Source of the DNA: Basidiobolus ranarum
Taxonomy: Eukaryota
Length of the DNA: 33,346 nt
Reading direction: 5' to 3'
Assembly (NCBI GenBank): GCA_040143965.1
Contig: JASJQH010006951.1
Location: 1 to 33,346 of the forward strand
Shown: positions 21,731 through 33,346 of the stretch, in pieces
How the letters are laid out: each line of letters starts with the position of its first letter
Position numbering within the stretch: position 1 is the first letter of the stretch
Position numbers and translations under genes: made by a program
Notes under the pieces: model-generated
Databases searched by the model: none
The model's input: the letters and a program-made list of their open reading frames with translations, nothing else
What the model was told of the DNA's origin: nothing

Positions 21731-24558
21731 CTAATCGTTACTTTCGGAGGATGAGCCAGAATAAGCATCTACTGCCTCTTGTTGCCATTTATAGACTTGA
21801 TGATCTTCCATATATTCAACTGTTTCATTTATCTCTCCAGCAGTAACATCTCCTTCACTACCGCTGTGCGAGACATCTGCGGTCAGGAGGTCGTAGTGGT
21901 TTGGATCTATTCCATGAGATTGGAACTTTTGGGCTTTAATATGGTTTCTACTTTTCTCAATGATTCTCTCGATACGCATACGATTTGCAATCATGTGAAG
22001 CTTCGGCCAGGTATTACGTTGCCCTTGATTGATATAGTTCACCATTCTTTGGTAATTGGGATCACGAAGAATACAAACGTAGTCCATGAAGGTGGATTTT
22101 GGCTGAAAAGAAATGTTCGTTAAATCTCAAGCTTTGTGTAGAGAATATCCAGTCTTTCGTGACACTTACTAAAATCGTTACATTCCCCTCGAATTTCTGC
22201 AACCAGATAAATGACCAGTCCTGGTTCATAAAGTTAGGCATGAGTTCAAGATCACGCAGCACTCTTAACCACTTCTTGAGGTCGAGTTTAATGTATTGCT
22301 CTAGAGTAGATGCGACAAATCCACCACGCCTATAATGGAAGAGAAATCTTAGTAAGTTTCATTGCTCATCCAGTTTGCAAATGAATTTCTGCACAAACCA
22401 TCCTTTTCCTGAGCGATGGGAAGTGGGCCTGCCTACACTGCCTTTGTTATTGTAGAAGAATAGGGTTACATGGGGATTAACCTGGCTTACAACAGCGTAA
22501 CGGACATTGAACTAAAGAGATGCCGTTCCTAAATGGTTAGTATTTGTTGATTTGGAGAACAATATTTGAAGCTTACAAAGTGGTGCAGTGAGTCCAATGG
22601 GATATCCTTACAACAGAAAGGCAACACAGTATAAGTATGTCACGGATGAACAGTTCAATTCAATTATATATAACCATACCGTACGAAGACTTCCGTCGCG
22701 CCACTTGTGACCGCTACTCATAAATGGCTCGATATTTCCCTCTCTGGTCTTTCTTAGTAGGACAACAGGTTTCAGGATACCGGGAATTGCAGAGCTAGCA
22801 ATTACTGAACACAAATTATGGTTAGCTTACTGTCTCATTGATAACTTGTGAATTGACAGTTTAATTTACCAGCTGTCCAGATAACACAGTCAGGAGCAGT
22901 GACATAATTGAGAAGTTTAGGTGGTGCCTGTGTTCCCATTGGAACCACAGTAATATTCAGAATACGTCCGGTTCGTTTATAAGCTTCCAAAAATGTCATA
23001 CACCCTTTAGTGACCCATTGAACCTTCTGGGCCCAATCTGCAGCATCGAAACTGAAAAACAAAACTTAGAAATGTTGATTTTTACAATACTATTTAGACC
23101 GCAAATACCATGACCCGGTAAGAAAGAAATTGAGACCCATTTTCTATTTTCAGATGCAGTTGTAAGACGATTGTAAAATTAAATATACAAAAGCAGTAAC
23201 CATGTATGTACCAAATAACCTCCGGAACAGGCAGTGAGGAGTTCATGAATTTCTGGTCGAATTATATCTATGAGTTCCTCATTTGTTCTACAACCAACCA
23301 TGGCAGCTAAGGATATGTATCAGTAAGAATCAAAAACTGAAGAACGTAACAAGACGAATCATACCAATTAAAGACCCGGCACTAGTCCCAGTAATTACGT
23401 GAGGCAGTAAATCTTTTTCTGCCAGACTTTTAATGACGCCTATAACAGAGAAATTAGCTTCATTGGCTTTATTTGAAAGAATGTTGTATATTATACCTAA
23501 ATGATAGTAGCCAAAAGAGGCCCCTCCGCTAAGACAAAGAGCAGATCTTCCATAATTCTTACTCGCAGCTCTAAAGAAGTTCCGTTTTTCATCCAAAGGA
23601 ATTCGGTCACATTCAGCAATGAAAGTAAGGGATTGAGCCACTAAAAGTCAATGTTAGATACTGTCATCAAGAACACAACCTCATTCTCTCTTTAATACCT
23701 TGATCAAGAAAATCTTCAACCACCTATCAATATGTGGAAACAAATTTGAATCTCCTGAATCTACTAATAGAATTCGAATTTCTGAGGCAAAAGATACTGA
23801 CCGTTTTGGTTCCATAGTAAGTGTTGGAATAGAGACGAACATTCTCACATCCACCAACATTACTCTTCACTGCACCTTGCAATAACAATTCCCGAAGATT
23901 TCTCTCATCCCCCTTTTCTCTTAATTTTTTCAACTTGGAGGAGAGTTTGGTGATCAGCTTGTAATCATAGTAGTGATATGGGGTTTGGTTTTTCCAATCG
24001 TCTTTTTTCAAATGAGTATCTAGAGCTTTCGCTGCTTCTTTCCATTCGTCGTATGTATGAGCGTTACGAAGACTCTCACGAAGTTTTCTCTTTTTTCCAC
24101 GCCTAGATTATTGATACAAGTTATTTACACTTTGTGTGAAGATGTTAAGGTTGAAAATAACAAGAAAGTACCATGAATAGAAATATTCCCAGGTATTGAC
24201 GATTTGTCGAAGTAGGAAGTAAAGGGATAACTCAAAAAGAATGGTACCAAAAACGAATATCTAAAGAGAAAAAGTTCGGTTAGTAAATTATCAACCTGGA
24301 AATAAAACCAAACAAAAATACCAATAGAGGAAACCGTAGGATGGCGTAACTAAACCCCTGACTTTTTTTGGGTACAGAAGCTTTCTTTTTCGAATTGTCC
24401 ACACTAGGAGCTGCATAAAGATCTTTATCGGAAATGTAACCCTCAGCTTCATCATGTAAAGCTTGAGTAAACTTCTCTATTTGTTCCTCATTTGGATACT
24501 CAATCTCAGTGCGCTCTTTTTTATGCGCCCAACTTAAACCTCCTTGGGTGAAGTCCAT
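21731..24558 (-). CDS. Patatin-like triacylglycerol lipase (Tgl3/4/5-SDP1 family, DUF3336 plus patatin), multi-exon
   Basis: YGRSALCLSGGASFGYYHLG, nucleophile GTSAG, TFLEAYKRTGRILNITV, ASSAIPG, catalytic WRDGS, FNV..VSQVNPH and QKFEGNVTI; N-terminal hydrophobic hairpin. Confidence 0.93.
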
Positions 24559-25366
24559 GAAGAAGAACAAGGGATCGGCCTCTACTTTGTCGGGAATGGT
24601 GATAGAAACTTATTTGAAACAGAAGTAATAGGAGTTGGTATTAAAAAAAAGTTAAAGTATCAACTAGTTAGCAAATAAACTTTGAGTAAGTGGTGAGTTT
24701 AATGCTAAGGATAGAGTTCCGTTGGTTTAGTATTATATTTAGTGTTTAGTTATGATAGGAAGACGGCGTATCGAAAAATCCTCCTTATTCTCTAGCTCGA
24801 AGAGAGTGGTATTTTGGAAACAAACGTCAAAAGGTACAAAAGAAAGCAAACTTATATCTCTGTGACGAAATAGAACGCTCGTGAAATTTGGTCATCTACA
24901 TCAATCATTTAACTCAGAAAATATTATATGTAATCCTACATGTAATTCTAGAATGAAGCTAAGCCATGAACGAACCCCAACATCTATCTGGTTTGATGAA
25001 TTTTGCTCCCCCCTACTGACATTAACTTATGTTGCTAGTATTAAAGTGGATAAGCATTACATCAGTACTGCCAAAAAAGTGCCACATACACCTAGTTTCA
25101 CTTTTTAGCAAATCATTCATGAGTAAAGGATAGTATTAACCTTGGGCTCCGAAGAAAAGCGAGTTAAAAACGTAAATACCCATAAATATAGTGCATTCAA
25201 ACATCTCGATGTCATTACTTGTTACACAATGAAGGTCTCAGCTATAGAAATATAGCAATGTTGATTTCGGATATTATCTTCAAGCGGATAGCCATATTAC
25301 ATTCTTGAAAATGGTTGGTTATTAATTGAATAGAGCAAAAAAATCCAAAAAAATGAAATTGAATCT

Positions 25367-25374
25367 CATGTGAC
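25367..25374 (-). promoter_or_regulatory. CDEI-type E-box (GTCACATG) upstream of CBF1
   Basis: Matches RTCACRTG about 160 bp before the CBF1 ATG; a degenerate copy (CTTGTGAC) lies at 25441-25448. Confidence 0.4.
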
Positions 25375-25530
25375 TTACCGAGCTGGCTTCCACCTTTCTC
25401 CCATCTCTTCCAGCTAATAATCACCCACCAATCTTCAAGTCTTGTGACTTGGACAACAGTGTGTTATTCCTCTTCTTAGCTTTTCCGCATATCTTCAAGA
25501 ATTTTGGACGCTTCGCTGTATAGTGCTTCA

Positions 25531-26370
25531 ATGTCCAACGACAGCACAACCCTTGACTTGGTACCTATCCGTTTTTCTATTGATATTTTTACTTCAAGAA
25601 ACTAGTTTGTGTTTCCTTATTTTTGACTGTAATATAACGGACATATGAATATGTATATTTATATATCTATACTCGAATTATAACACCGTATCAACTTCAT
25701 TCGTTTCATATTGCCTCTTTAAGCACCCTGGTTCTCTCAAGGATGAAATACACCGAAATATTTCTTACCGTGCGCGCAGTCAGAGTCCGGTCAATTCGTT
25801 ATCTATGTCAGGGACTCCTAACTTGACCTCGTCGACATATTCACAGTCGATGCTCTCTAATGCAGTAAACTCTCAATCATTCACTTATAACCCTAATATG
25901 GATTTGCCTTCGAACAGGTAACTGTTGTAGAGTTGTATAAAACTACACTGATCAAATAGCAATTAACCAACCATTTATCTAGTCCACCAGATTCCGAAAC
26001 ACCAGGTGTTCAATATTCAAAACCCCCAGTGGGAAGTGAAGAGTGGCATAGAGTTCGACGTGAAAACCATAAGGAGGTGGAAAGACGTCGTCGAGAAACT
26101 ATCAATTCGGGAATCAACGAACTTGCCAAAATTGTTCCTGGTTGTGAAAAGAATAAGGGTAGTATACTCAGTAGAACTGTTCAGTACATCCACCAGCTGA
26201 AAGAAAATGAAGCAGTAAATATTGAAAAATGGACACTCGAAAAGTTATTAACGGATCAAGCTATCAATGAATTAGGTGCTCAAGTAGAAATGCTTAAAGC
26301 AGAAAATCAACAATTACATGCTCATATCGATGAATTGAATCCTAACGACAAGCGACCTCGTGAAGATTAG
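25531..26370 (+). CDS. CBF1: bHLH-zipper transcription factor, Cbf1-like; exons 25531-25560, 25724-25917, 25983-26370
   Basis: KPPVGSEEWHRVRRENHKEVERRRRETINSGINELAKIVPGCEKNKGSIL..NIEKWTLEKLLTDQAI is the Cbf1 signature. The first two exons are inferred from splice sites and frame. Confidence 0.92.
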
Positions 26371-27377
26371 ATTCTCTTGTTTATTTCTCCTTTCAACGTT
26401 ATTCCATTCAATGTTTGTCGTTCTTCACCTTGTTCGGTCAAAGAAAATCCTCTTTTCTGTATAAAATTCCAATGATTTATTTATGATCTCTAATATCTCT
26501 TATTTTTAAATACATTTTTGGAAGAGTGTCTTGTGCTATGCGAATTAACTAAAATTATCCTCACATCTGACGTACATATTAATTCCTTTGGCCATGTTAC
26601 TCGAAACCTTTATACGGAACTAAACGTCTAGCGTTTAAGTTAAGCAACATAATAGTTAGAAGAAATCATATGTATTGATTATTACAATCAAGCTTAGGCT
26701 ATTAGTTGAGTTTAGAGCTTTATTGTTGCTTACTTTTTGATGGTTCACTCGAGAAAAGAATAGTCTCACCCACCAGTGCCTTCGTCATCCAAAAGAAACC
26801 TGTATCTGTTACAATGATAACCCTGATGTTTTTCGATCAATCCCAAGCGTTCAAACCATCCACTTTCACATTAGACAAAGGAAAGGCGTTATTTCTTTCA
26901 GTAATGAAGAATGAATACTATTGGACCTAATGAAAGCATATCATGGTGATTGAAATGGAAACGCGAACTCTTGAATTTTCAAACAAATCGTGTAACTTTG
27001 ACTTTCCGCGATTCCGAAAGACTGTTCAAGGTAACATCAAGTCGGGTTCAAAATGGTCGATGATTCAACTGCATCAGCACGGGAATGAATGACACATCTA
27101 ACGCGACTTTGGATTCTCCATCATATCAACCCCACCCCAGAGATTTTATTAAAATAGGGGTGCTCCATACCTCACCATTAGTATGGCCAGGGGGAGAGAG
27201 GGGAGTGATATGGTGTTGAACTTTTACCAATTCGTGTATGCTAATTTTAAATGAATTTATATCACACGTTGCGTTGCCAATTTAGATTCGCCAGTCTCTA
27301 GACACGTATAAATCCAGTTAATCTGCTCATTTTATCCCTCTATCTATCCACTCAACAATAACTCTCTTCTTTAAAAC

Positions 27378-27952
27378 ATGATTTCCTTTGATACCGAACC
27401 TATTCAGTACTTGGTGGGTATCAATTCGATTGTATATCTAGTCTTTCTGCTGCTAATGCATTTATTGATAGGATGCTCTTAGGAATATATTGATGTCTGA
27501 AGTGCTGAGAACCTTCACTGTTACAGCCGATATAGCCGAACCTCAAGATGCTGATGACGGTGAAAAGGAGCAACCTAACCCCAAGAGACAAAAAACTGAT
27601 AATGACGAGCAAGAGAATGACGATACAGCTCAAGGTGAAGATGCTGGAGACGACCAGGGTGAGGATGTAGGTGAAGGTGAGGCAGAAGATGCTGATGAAG
27701 GAGAAGAAGAGGGCGAAGATGGTGAAGAGAAAGAAGGCGAAGGCGACGATGGTGAGGAAGGTAATGACGGCGAAGAAGGTAATGCCGATGAAGACGATGA
27801 TGAAGAAGATGATGGTGACTATCAAGGAGAGGAGTAAGTGTTCTCAATATTCTAATACTATTACTCTTTTATTAAATCATTCCTTTAGTGATGAAGAGGG
27901 TGAGGAAGGTGAAGGCGAAGCGGAAGGGGAGGCTGAGGAAGACGAGGAATAA
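27378..27952 (+). CDS. Small hyperacidic (D/E/G-rich) protein with NLS, 153 aa; exons 27378-27413, 27472-27833, 27889-27952
   Basis: TATAAA near 27307; ATG in AAAC context; two GT-AG introns (GCTAAT and CTAAT branch sites) keep the frame; PKRQKT NLS; AATAAA near 28116. Confidence 0.88.
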
Positions 27953-29120
27953 GTATTACACAATAGATCAACTTTGATTATAGACTTCCTCCTTTGATGT
28001 GAAGATAGCGTCCGTACTTCCTATTTGGCATTTATTCAAAGTACTCTCAGCTTGTGGCCCCTTCTTGTTCATTTTTCCTCGTTCAGTTTTTGTACCATTT
28101 CTAAGCCACTGAATTAATAAAGCAACCTTTCTCTTTACTCATGCCCACTGCACACTATCGATTTAGTATGACGTCTCTCCTCTTTAATGCTCACTGGGAA
28201 GTATTTCATATCAATGCATCCAATTATTGATGGTATTCTAGATGAAATGTCCATCTCTTTACTAACCTATATCTCATCTAGGGCCTTGATGAATGAATGA
28301 CCAAAAGCCAATAGTCCAGCACCATGCTGCAATACATCATTGTACAAACTAAAAGGGGTGTAGTGTGGATAAGTCGCGATTGTGCGCCCTGAATTCGTCA
28401 ATATCCCGACATTGATTGGTTGTAGATCATTTGACAGTGACCCTCATGTTTTCCTTATAAAAAAACGCGTCACGAAATTATGAGCAAGGAGCTTACCGAA
28501 TCTGTAAGTCCTCGATGATTTCTGAACACTAACAACCCGGGTGTATTTACAGGTGAAGATATAACCCGCTGGGTTAGAGTTCTATTGAGGAGTCAAGACG
28601 CGTCATCTCAGCATGCGTGAGTTCGGATTTTAAAAAACATTAACCCCAAATCTGGGGAGATGAAAGCTGCGGCTAGGTAGAGTGTTCTAAAGCTGATTAC
28701 TGATTACACACAAATAAGATACATGAGAGAGTGCAAGAATACTGAAACCGATACTAGTACTGATACTGATATGCGAGTCTTGTCTGAGAAAGCAGTGTTC
28801 TTTAAACCCAGATTATCATATGATGTTGAACTTTCTCATATTTTAAACAACTTCAACTAAATTTGATACGTAGTAACATGTTTGCCTATCTTTCAATCAG
28901 TGATGATCACCTATCCCTAGGAATGACCAATCTCGGAGGAGATCAGCCGTTCTTTGACTATGTATGCGGAGCATAGCCCTAACCTTAAGTGTAAGAGGAG
29001 TTGCTTCCCTTACAGTGCAAGATGATTTTTGAATGAGCGAAACGATTTGTTTGTGAATATAGCTATTCAGATTCCATAAAAGAGTCACTAGCTGGAGACT
29101 TTTTCTATTGTAGCAGGTTT

Positions 29121-30083
29121 ATGATGGTTTCCAGTTATAGGATGAATGCTCTAGGGGTAATCCTAGTCTCCTTAGGCTTGGTGACTCGAATTAATGTTAC
29201 AGCACAAGAAGCCAATCTAAATGACCTTGACACAGCCAACTTTAGATTGGCAGAAGACTCCTCTATTCCAGATAATAACTCGAACCCTAAGTCTTGGAAT
29301 CTTAGAGGTTCTTATCGGGATAATAGTCCAACTCCTCTCAATAATAAGTATATTCCACCAATTCGGCCGGGAACAGGTAAAACAATTGGATTGAATGAGA
29401 ATACTAGCTACACATTTGTGCCTAGTCGTGAGAACGAACCTCCAATTATCAAAAGAGTGAATGGTCGAAACGTGCGATATGTTAGATCTGGTACACATCA
29501 ATTCTGGACTCGACGAGTATTGCCTTCAAAGTTATCCCTACAACGCACTCAACACCCAACATTACCAGTTTCAAAATACGCTGTAAAGACAAAGAAGCCT
29601 CACATGATGTACGAATACGATAAGGATCTTCTCACCAGCGATGGCAAAGTGTTTTACCGCCGAGTTAGCGGTAACATTACGCGATACACCCAAAAACCAA
29701 GTACAGTCACCCACATCAAACATTACTCTAGCGGAGGAAACGATCAAAGCAACAGTCTCAAGCACAAAGTTGCAACCCTTTCCAAGTCGCTAGTGTTGTT
29801 GTTCAACAAGTTGACAGGATTGAGACGAGGCTTCAAAACGTATCAGCGAGTTTTGGCCAATAGTTTCAAACGCCGAGACCGCACCATCAAAGGCATCCTG
29901 GAAACATTAAACCGCTTAGTGCGCTCGAATAACAAACGGAAATACTACGTCACAAAAATGAACGGCTCTAAACCCAATTGGTCAGGGTTAACTGAAATCG
30001 ACTCCTCAAGCGTATTGGGACATAAATTAATTAGCAATAGCAACGCAAAAATCCCTTCTGGTGAAAATAAACAAAGCATCTAG
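29121..30083 (+). CDS. Uncharacterised, probably secreted basic protein, 320 aa
   Basis: Long open frame in AT-rich DNA; hydrophobic N-terminus (ALGVILVSLGLV..VTA-QE); K/R-rich body; no recognised domain. Confidence 0.75.
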   Translation: MMVSSYRMNALGVILVSLGLVTRINVTAQEANLNDLDTANFRLAEDSSIPDNNSNPKSWNLRGSYRDNSPTPLNNKYIPPIRPGTGKTIGLNENTSYTFVPSRENEPPIIKRVNGRNVRYVRSGTHQFWTRRVLPSKLSLQRTQHPTLPVSKYAVKTKKPHMMYEYDKDLLTSDGKVFYRRVSGNITRYTQKPSTVTHIKHYSSGGNDQSNSLKHKVATLSKSLVLLFNKLTGLRRGFKTYQRVLANSFKRRDRTIKGILETLNRLVRSNNKRKYYVTKMNGSKPNWSGLTEIDSSSVLGHKLISNSNAKIPSGENKQSI

Positions 30084-30604
30084 ACGATCCCGAGATTATA
30101 TATATATGTATTAACAATCCCTTATGTATGAATATGCACAATACATACACTTGTCTTGCCTCCTTGACGAAATACATCGAGATTAGTTAAAGTAGAAGAT
30201 CAATATAGTGGCACATACGAATTAAAGAATTCTGAAGAGAGTTAAAGTGAATTAAGCTCAAACTGATCTTGAACGAGCTGATAGAAATTCTCCGAACTAT
30301 AAAGCGATTGGTCAGTCTGATATTTTTTACTTCGAGGGTGTTCCCTTATTGAACACAAATGAGTTAATTTGTGTGGATACTGTACTCTTTAGGTTCTCAG
30401 GATTATTATAAGAATGTTCTATGCAATCAGGTGATACTTGACAGGTCGATTGAAGGTATATATATATATTGCTACTCCCCACATTGCCCCCTTTGCAAAA
30501 TGCTGTATGGATTCACTGTATTGTACTAGCTCCTGCTGAGAAACTCGAACGAGGAACTATCCAAAACACACTTTTTTATATATTCGCAGTACCATTCATA
30601 TAGA

Positions 30605-31528
30605 ATGCCGACGTTTAACTTCCAATGGCTACTTTTGTTGATCCTGGTATTGAGTAGAAGTACCCTGGCCAACGAGTCTCTGACTTCACTGGCCTCTAAA
30701 AACGAACTTCCTTTCATGGCAAACGTTTTCATTATATCCATCGGTACTTGTAATGGTGCTATACTAAGCGATAGATGGATTGTAGTGTCAGCATACTGTT
30801 TAACAGGACAGGTACCTAGTCATAATAACCCCATCGTCGTCTCTCCTACCTCATTCTTGGTGGTTGTTGGTACCAATAGTCGAACAGGAGAAACTTCGCA
30901 CGCAGTACAACAAATCATTTTCGATTCCCAGAACGGAGGAAGAGTAAGTAGATTGAGAATGGTAGTCTTTCCTATTTAAAGGTATATCAACTGATAATAT
31001 TGTATCTAGAGCGACCTTGCGTTGATTGAATTGAAAAAGGGTTTGTCTTTCAATCAACAAGTTCAACCTATCCCAATCAGCCTTGATCCCCCTACCCCCG
31101 GTATTGAGGTTTCTTCTGCAGGATGGATTCCTACATTAGGGAAAACGAAGATGAATATTTTGCCGATCACGGATTGTGAATCAATACCAGACCAAAATCT
31201 ATGTGTTGGTGGAGGATTTTGTGTGCCAGGAGTTGGAGGCCCATTGTATACTCAAGAAGATGGAGTATACAAGCTGCTTGGGCTCAAAATGAACAGTTCA
31301 GTATTGCATAAGCCAGAAATCGAGTGTTTCAAGGATAGTCAAGAGGATAATATTAGCATTTTCACTCATCTTGGCTATCATTTGGAATACATACAAGGAG
31401 TTACTGGGTTGACCAGGAACTATCTACTCGGAAACACCAGAAGCAATCATGGAAATACCATTCATCACGCCTCCTTCAATCTCCTAGCATTCTTATTGTT
31501 TTTTTGGCTTAGTAGAAATCACCTGTGA
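30605..31528 (+). CDS. Trypsin-fold (S1A) non-peptidase homolog with signal peptide and probable GPI signal; exons 30605-30943, 31010-31528
   Basis: ELPFMA, CNGAILSDRWIVVSAYC, SDLALIELK, VQPI, SAGW and CVPGVGGPL..LLG follow the trypsin pattern, but His is replaced by Tyr and Ser by Val. Hydrophobic C-terminus FNLLAFLLFFWL. Confidence 0.88.
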
Positions 31529-31815
31529 TGTTTCAGAACTAAAGGCATCACATCCTTATATGGCTACCTAAAATGTATAGATAATAGAAATACCTTCAAC
31601 TAAATCATCGATATTCCATGATATCTCTTACTTTACTCTAATATGCGAGGGCAGTTCGATCTCTAGATCTGCTCTGGCAAGTTTACTAAGCAAATGAGCT
31701 GATACAAATGATTTCTATGATACACTTTATTTCAATGAGAGAACGAAAAGTAAAACAATATATATGCTGTTCACACTTCTCCACTTCCGACCTTCTACCC
31801 AGTTTACATTTCACT

Positions 31816-33027
31816 TTAGAATCCTATATCAAAAATCGCTCGTTACAAATTCAATTTGAAATATATTCTTATTTAAGGGAGTTTTACCATATTTTCCTTG
31901 AGTTTCTTTTTTGGTTTTCTTATTAAGAGCGTAGTATTCCTGAAGCTCTTCTTCTCTTTCCTTAGCTTGAAATGCTAAATACATAATATTGTGTCTACGC
32001 TTTTGGTTTCCGGATGGTTTGGCTCCCTGGAAGTAAGATAGAAGTTGATATTAGGTAAGCCACTTCGATGACGATGAAAATTATTGTGAATGTTTTGAAG
32101 TTTAATTACCAGAACTCTACCGGAAGAGCCAGCTGACATCTTGGAAGGTATATTAGCGTCTTGTAGCTGGTCTTGTTGATTGATTGTAGTTATGTTGAAT
32201 GAACTGGCTTGTTCTTTCCCTGCCCTCCTTCCCATCAGCTGAGTAATTGCCTCTTCATCAAGTGTATCTTCAGGTGACTGGTCTTCTGTATTGTAGTAGT
32301 TAGGGTCTTGGTACTCATATCCAGAATACATACTAGGATCTTGATAATAAGGATTTGTGTTGTCGTAGGCGTACATAGAGGCAGCAGTGTACTCGACAGG
32401 TGCTAGTTCTGGTCCAGCAGGCTTGTCACTTAGTACATTCTGAACAGGATAATCGTATTCCAACTCTGTGGTCTGAATGGGCTTCTTTTGTTTGAAATCT
32501 ACCATTTAGTAAGTTAATGGTTAGGTTTATAATAAAGAAAGCTGGATAATTCTGTTCTATACTTCAGTGTACAAAAATAATTGAAAAATTCACCTACCCA
32601 TAGGGAAAAATGAAGTTGGCACTGGTTCACTCTCTTCTTCAATTTTTTTACGAGCTGCTGGAAGAGTCGAATTCACTTTATTTGATACAACTTGTTTGCT
32701 TGCATTGAGGGGCTTTTTTGTCGGTTTAACTTTCGATACGCTAGGTGGCGTTAGGTCAGTTTTCACGGAAGTAGAGGAGTTTTTGGGTTGAGGTAACATA
32801 GAGAATAAACTCGATTTCCCTGGTTTTCTTTCTAATCCCTTGGGTTTATTCTCATTCTCAGGTTCTTCTTCTTCGTATGTGGGTAAATCTACTATAAACT
32901 TCAACGATCCTTCGGTTTTTTTCTTAGTGGCAGCAATCTGAGGTTGACTCACTTTACTCTTCGAAGAGTAGTTTTCTTCTTCAGAGTACTCTTCGGATTC
33001 AGAACCATAATCTGCAACTAAAGACAT
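31816..33027 (-). CDS. PRCC-like (mitotic checkpoint / spliceosome-associated) protein; exons 33027-32598, 32498-32110, 32026-31888, 31823-31816
   Basis: N-terminal MSLVADYGSESE, SLFSMLPQPK, and spliced C-terminus QKRRHNIMYLAFQAKEREEELQEYYALNKKTKKETQGKYGF*, typical of the PRCC C-terminal domain. Confidence 0.88.
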
Positions 33028-33275
33028 GGTAACTTGGATCGTTCGTGTACGTGATATCAGTCAAATGAAATGAATCGAAATTATACCATCAGGGTCAAGA
33101 AAAATGAGAATCTAAAAAAGAAATCTGGAAAAATTGTGGCAATTTCATATGATGATTTCAAGAATCAACTCATTAGATTAGTAGGTACTTGGCAAGATGT
33201 TAATGAATCGTAATATCGGATATTATTTATTATACATCACCTTTTATCCCCTTATCCCTAGGAACAAAAGGGCCT

Positions 33276-33346
33276 GAAATGATGGATTAAAATGATGGAT
33301 TTACAATCAAGAAATGATGGATTAAAATGATGGATTTACAATCAAG
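33276..33346. repeat. 35-bp tandem repeat, at least 2 exact copies, running to the window edge
   Basis: GAAATGATGGATTAAAATGATGGATTTACAATCAA at 33276 and 33311; each unit has an internal AAATGATGGATT duplication. Confidence 0.93.

Noticed and set aside
2647..24558. Lipase, CAP, MBOAT and patatin lipase as a lipid gene cluster
   Set aside because: Spread over 22 kb among unrelated housekeeping genes, with no shared motif seen.
27040..27060. GGGTTCAAA B-box-like motif suggesting a tRNA
   Set aside because: No T-stem closure, acceptor stem or cloverleaf.
27421..27847. Hydrophobic and His/Leu-rich minus-strand ORFs, and a Lys/Met-rich alternative plus frame
   Set aside because: Shadows of the GAR/GAY codon repeats of the acidic protein.

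Overview
Intron-rich, AT-rich eukaryotic DNA from a fungus. Short GT-AG introns (mostly 50-90 nt), Cbf1, Rom2-like and Bmt6 genes, and an Npl4 that keeps its NZF finger suggest an early-diverging lineage (Zoopagomycota/Mucoromycota-like; inference). The first ~9.6 kb is accessory. It holds CpG-depleted transposon relics (a Ty1/copia element with a half-tRNA-iMet primer site, a Tc1/mariner transposase remnant and a possible LINE scrap). Between them sit a secreted class-3 lipase, an intronless bacterial-type CAP protein and a stand-alone response-regulator receiver gene. The rest is dense with housekeeping genes: NPL4, an MBOAT acyltransferase, eL33, BMT6, a DEP-DH-PH-CNH RhoGEF, a patatin/Tgl lipase, CBF1 and a PRCC-like gene. 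Three poorly explained genes lie near the end: a prothymosin-like hyperacidic protein, a cationic secreted orphan with a probable spliced leader, and a catalytically dead trypsin homolog with a probable GPI anchor. I see no single multi-gene novel system. The best leads are those three genes, the solo receiver, a structured eL33 intron and the CpG erasure in the transposon relics. Gene models were built by eye, without database searches.
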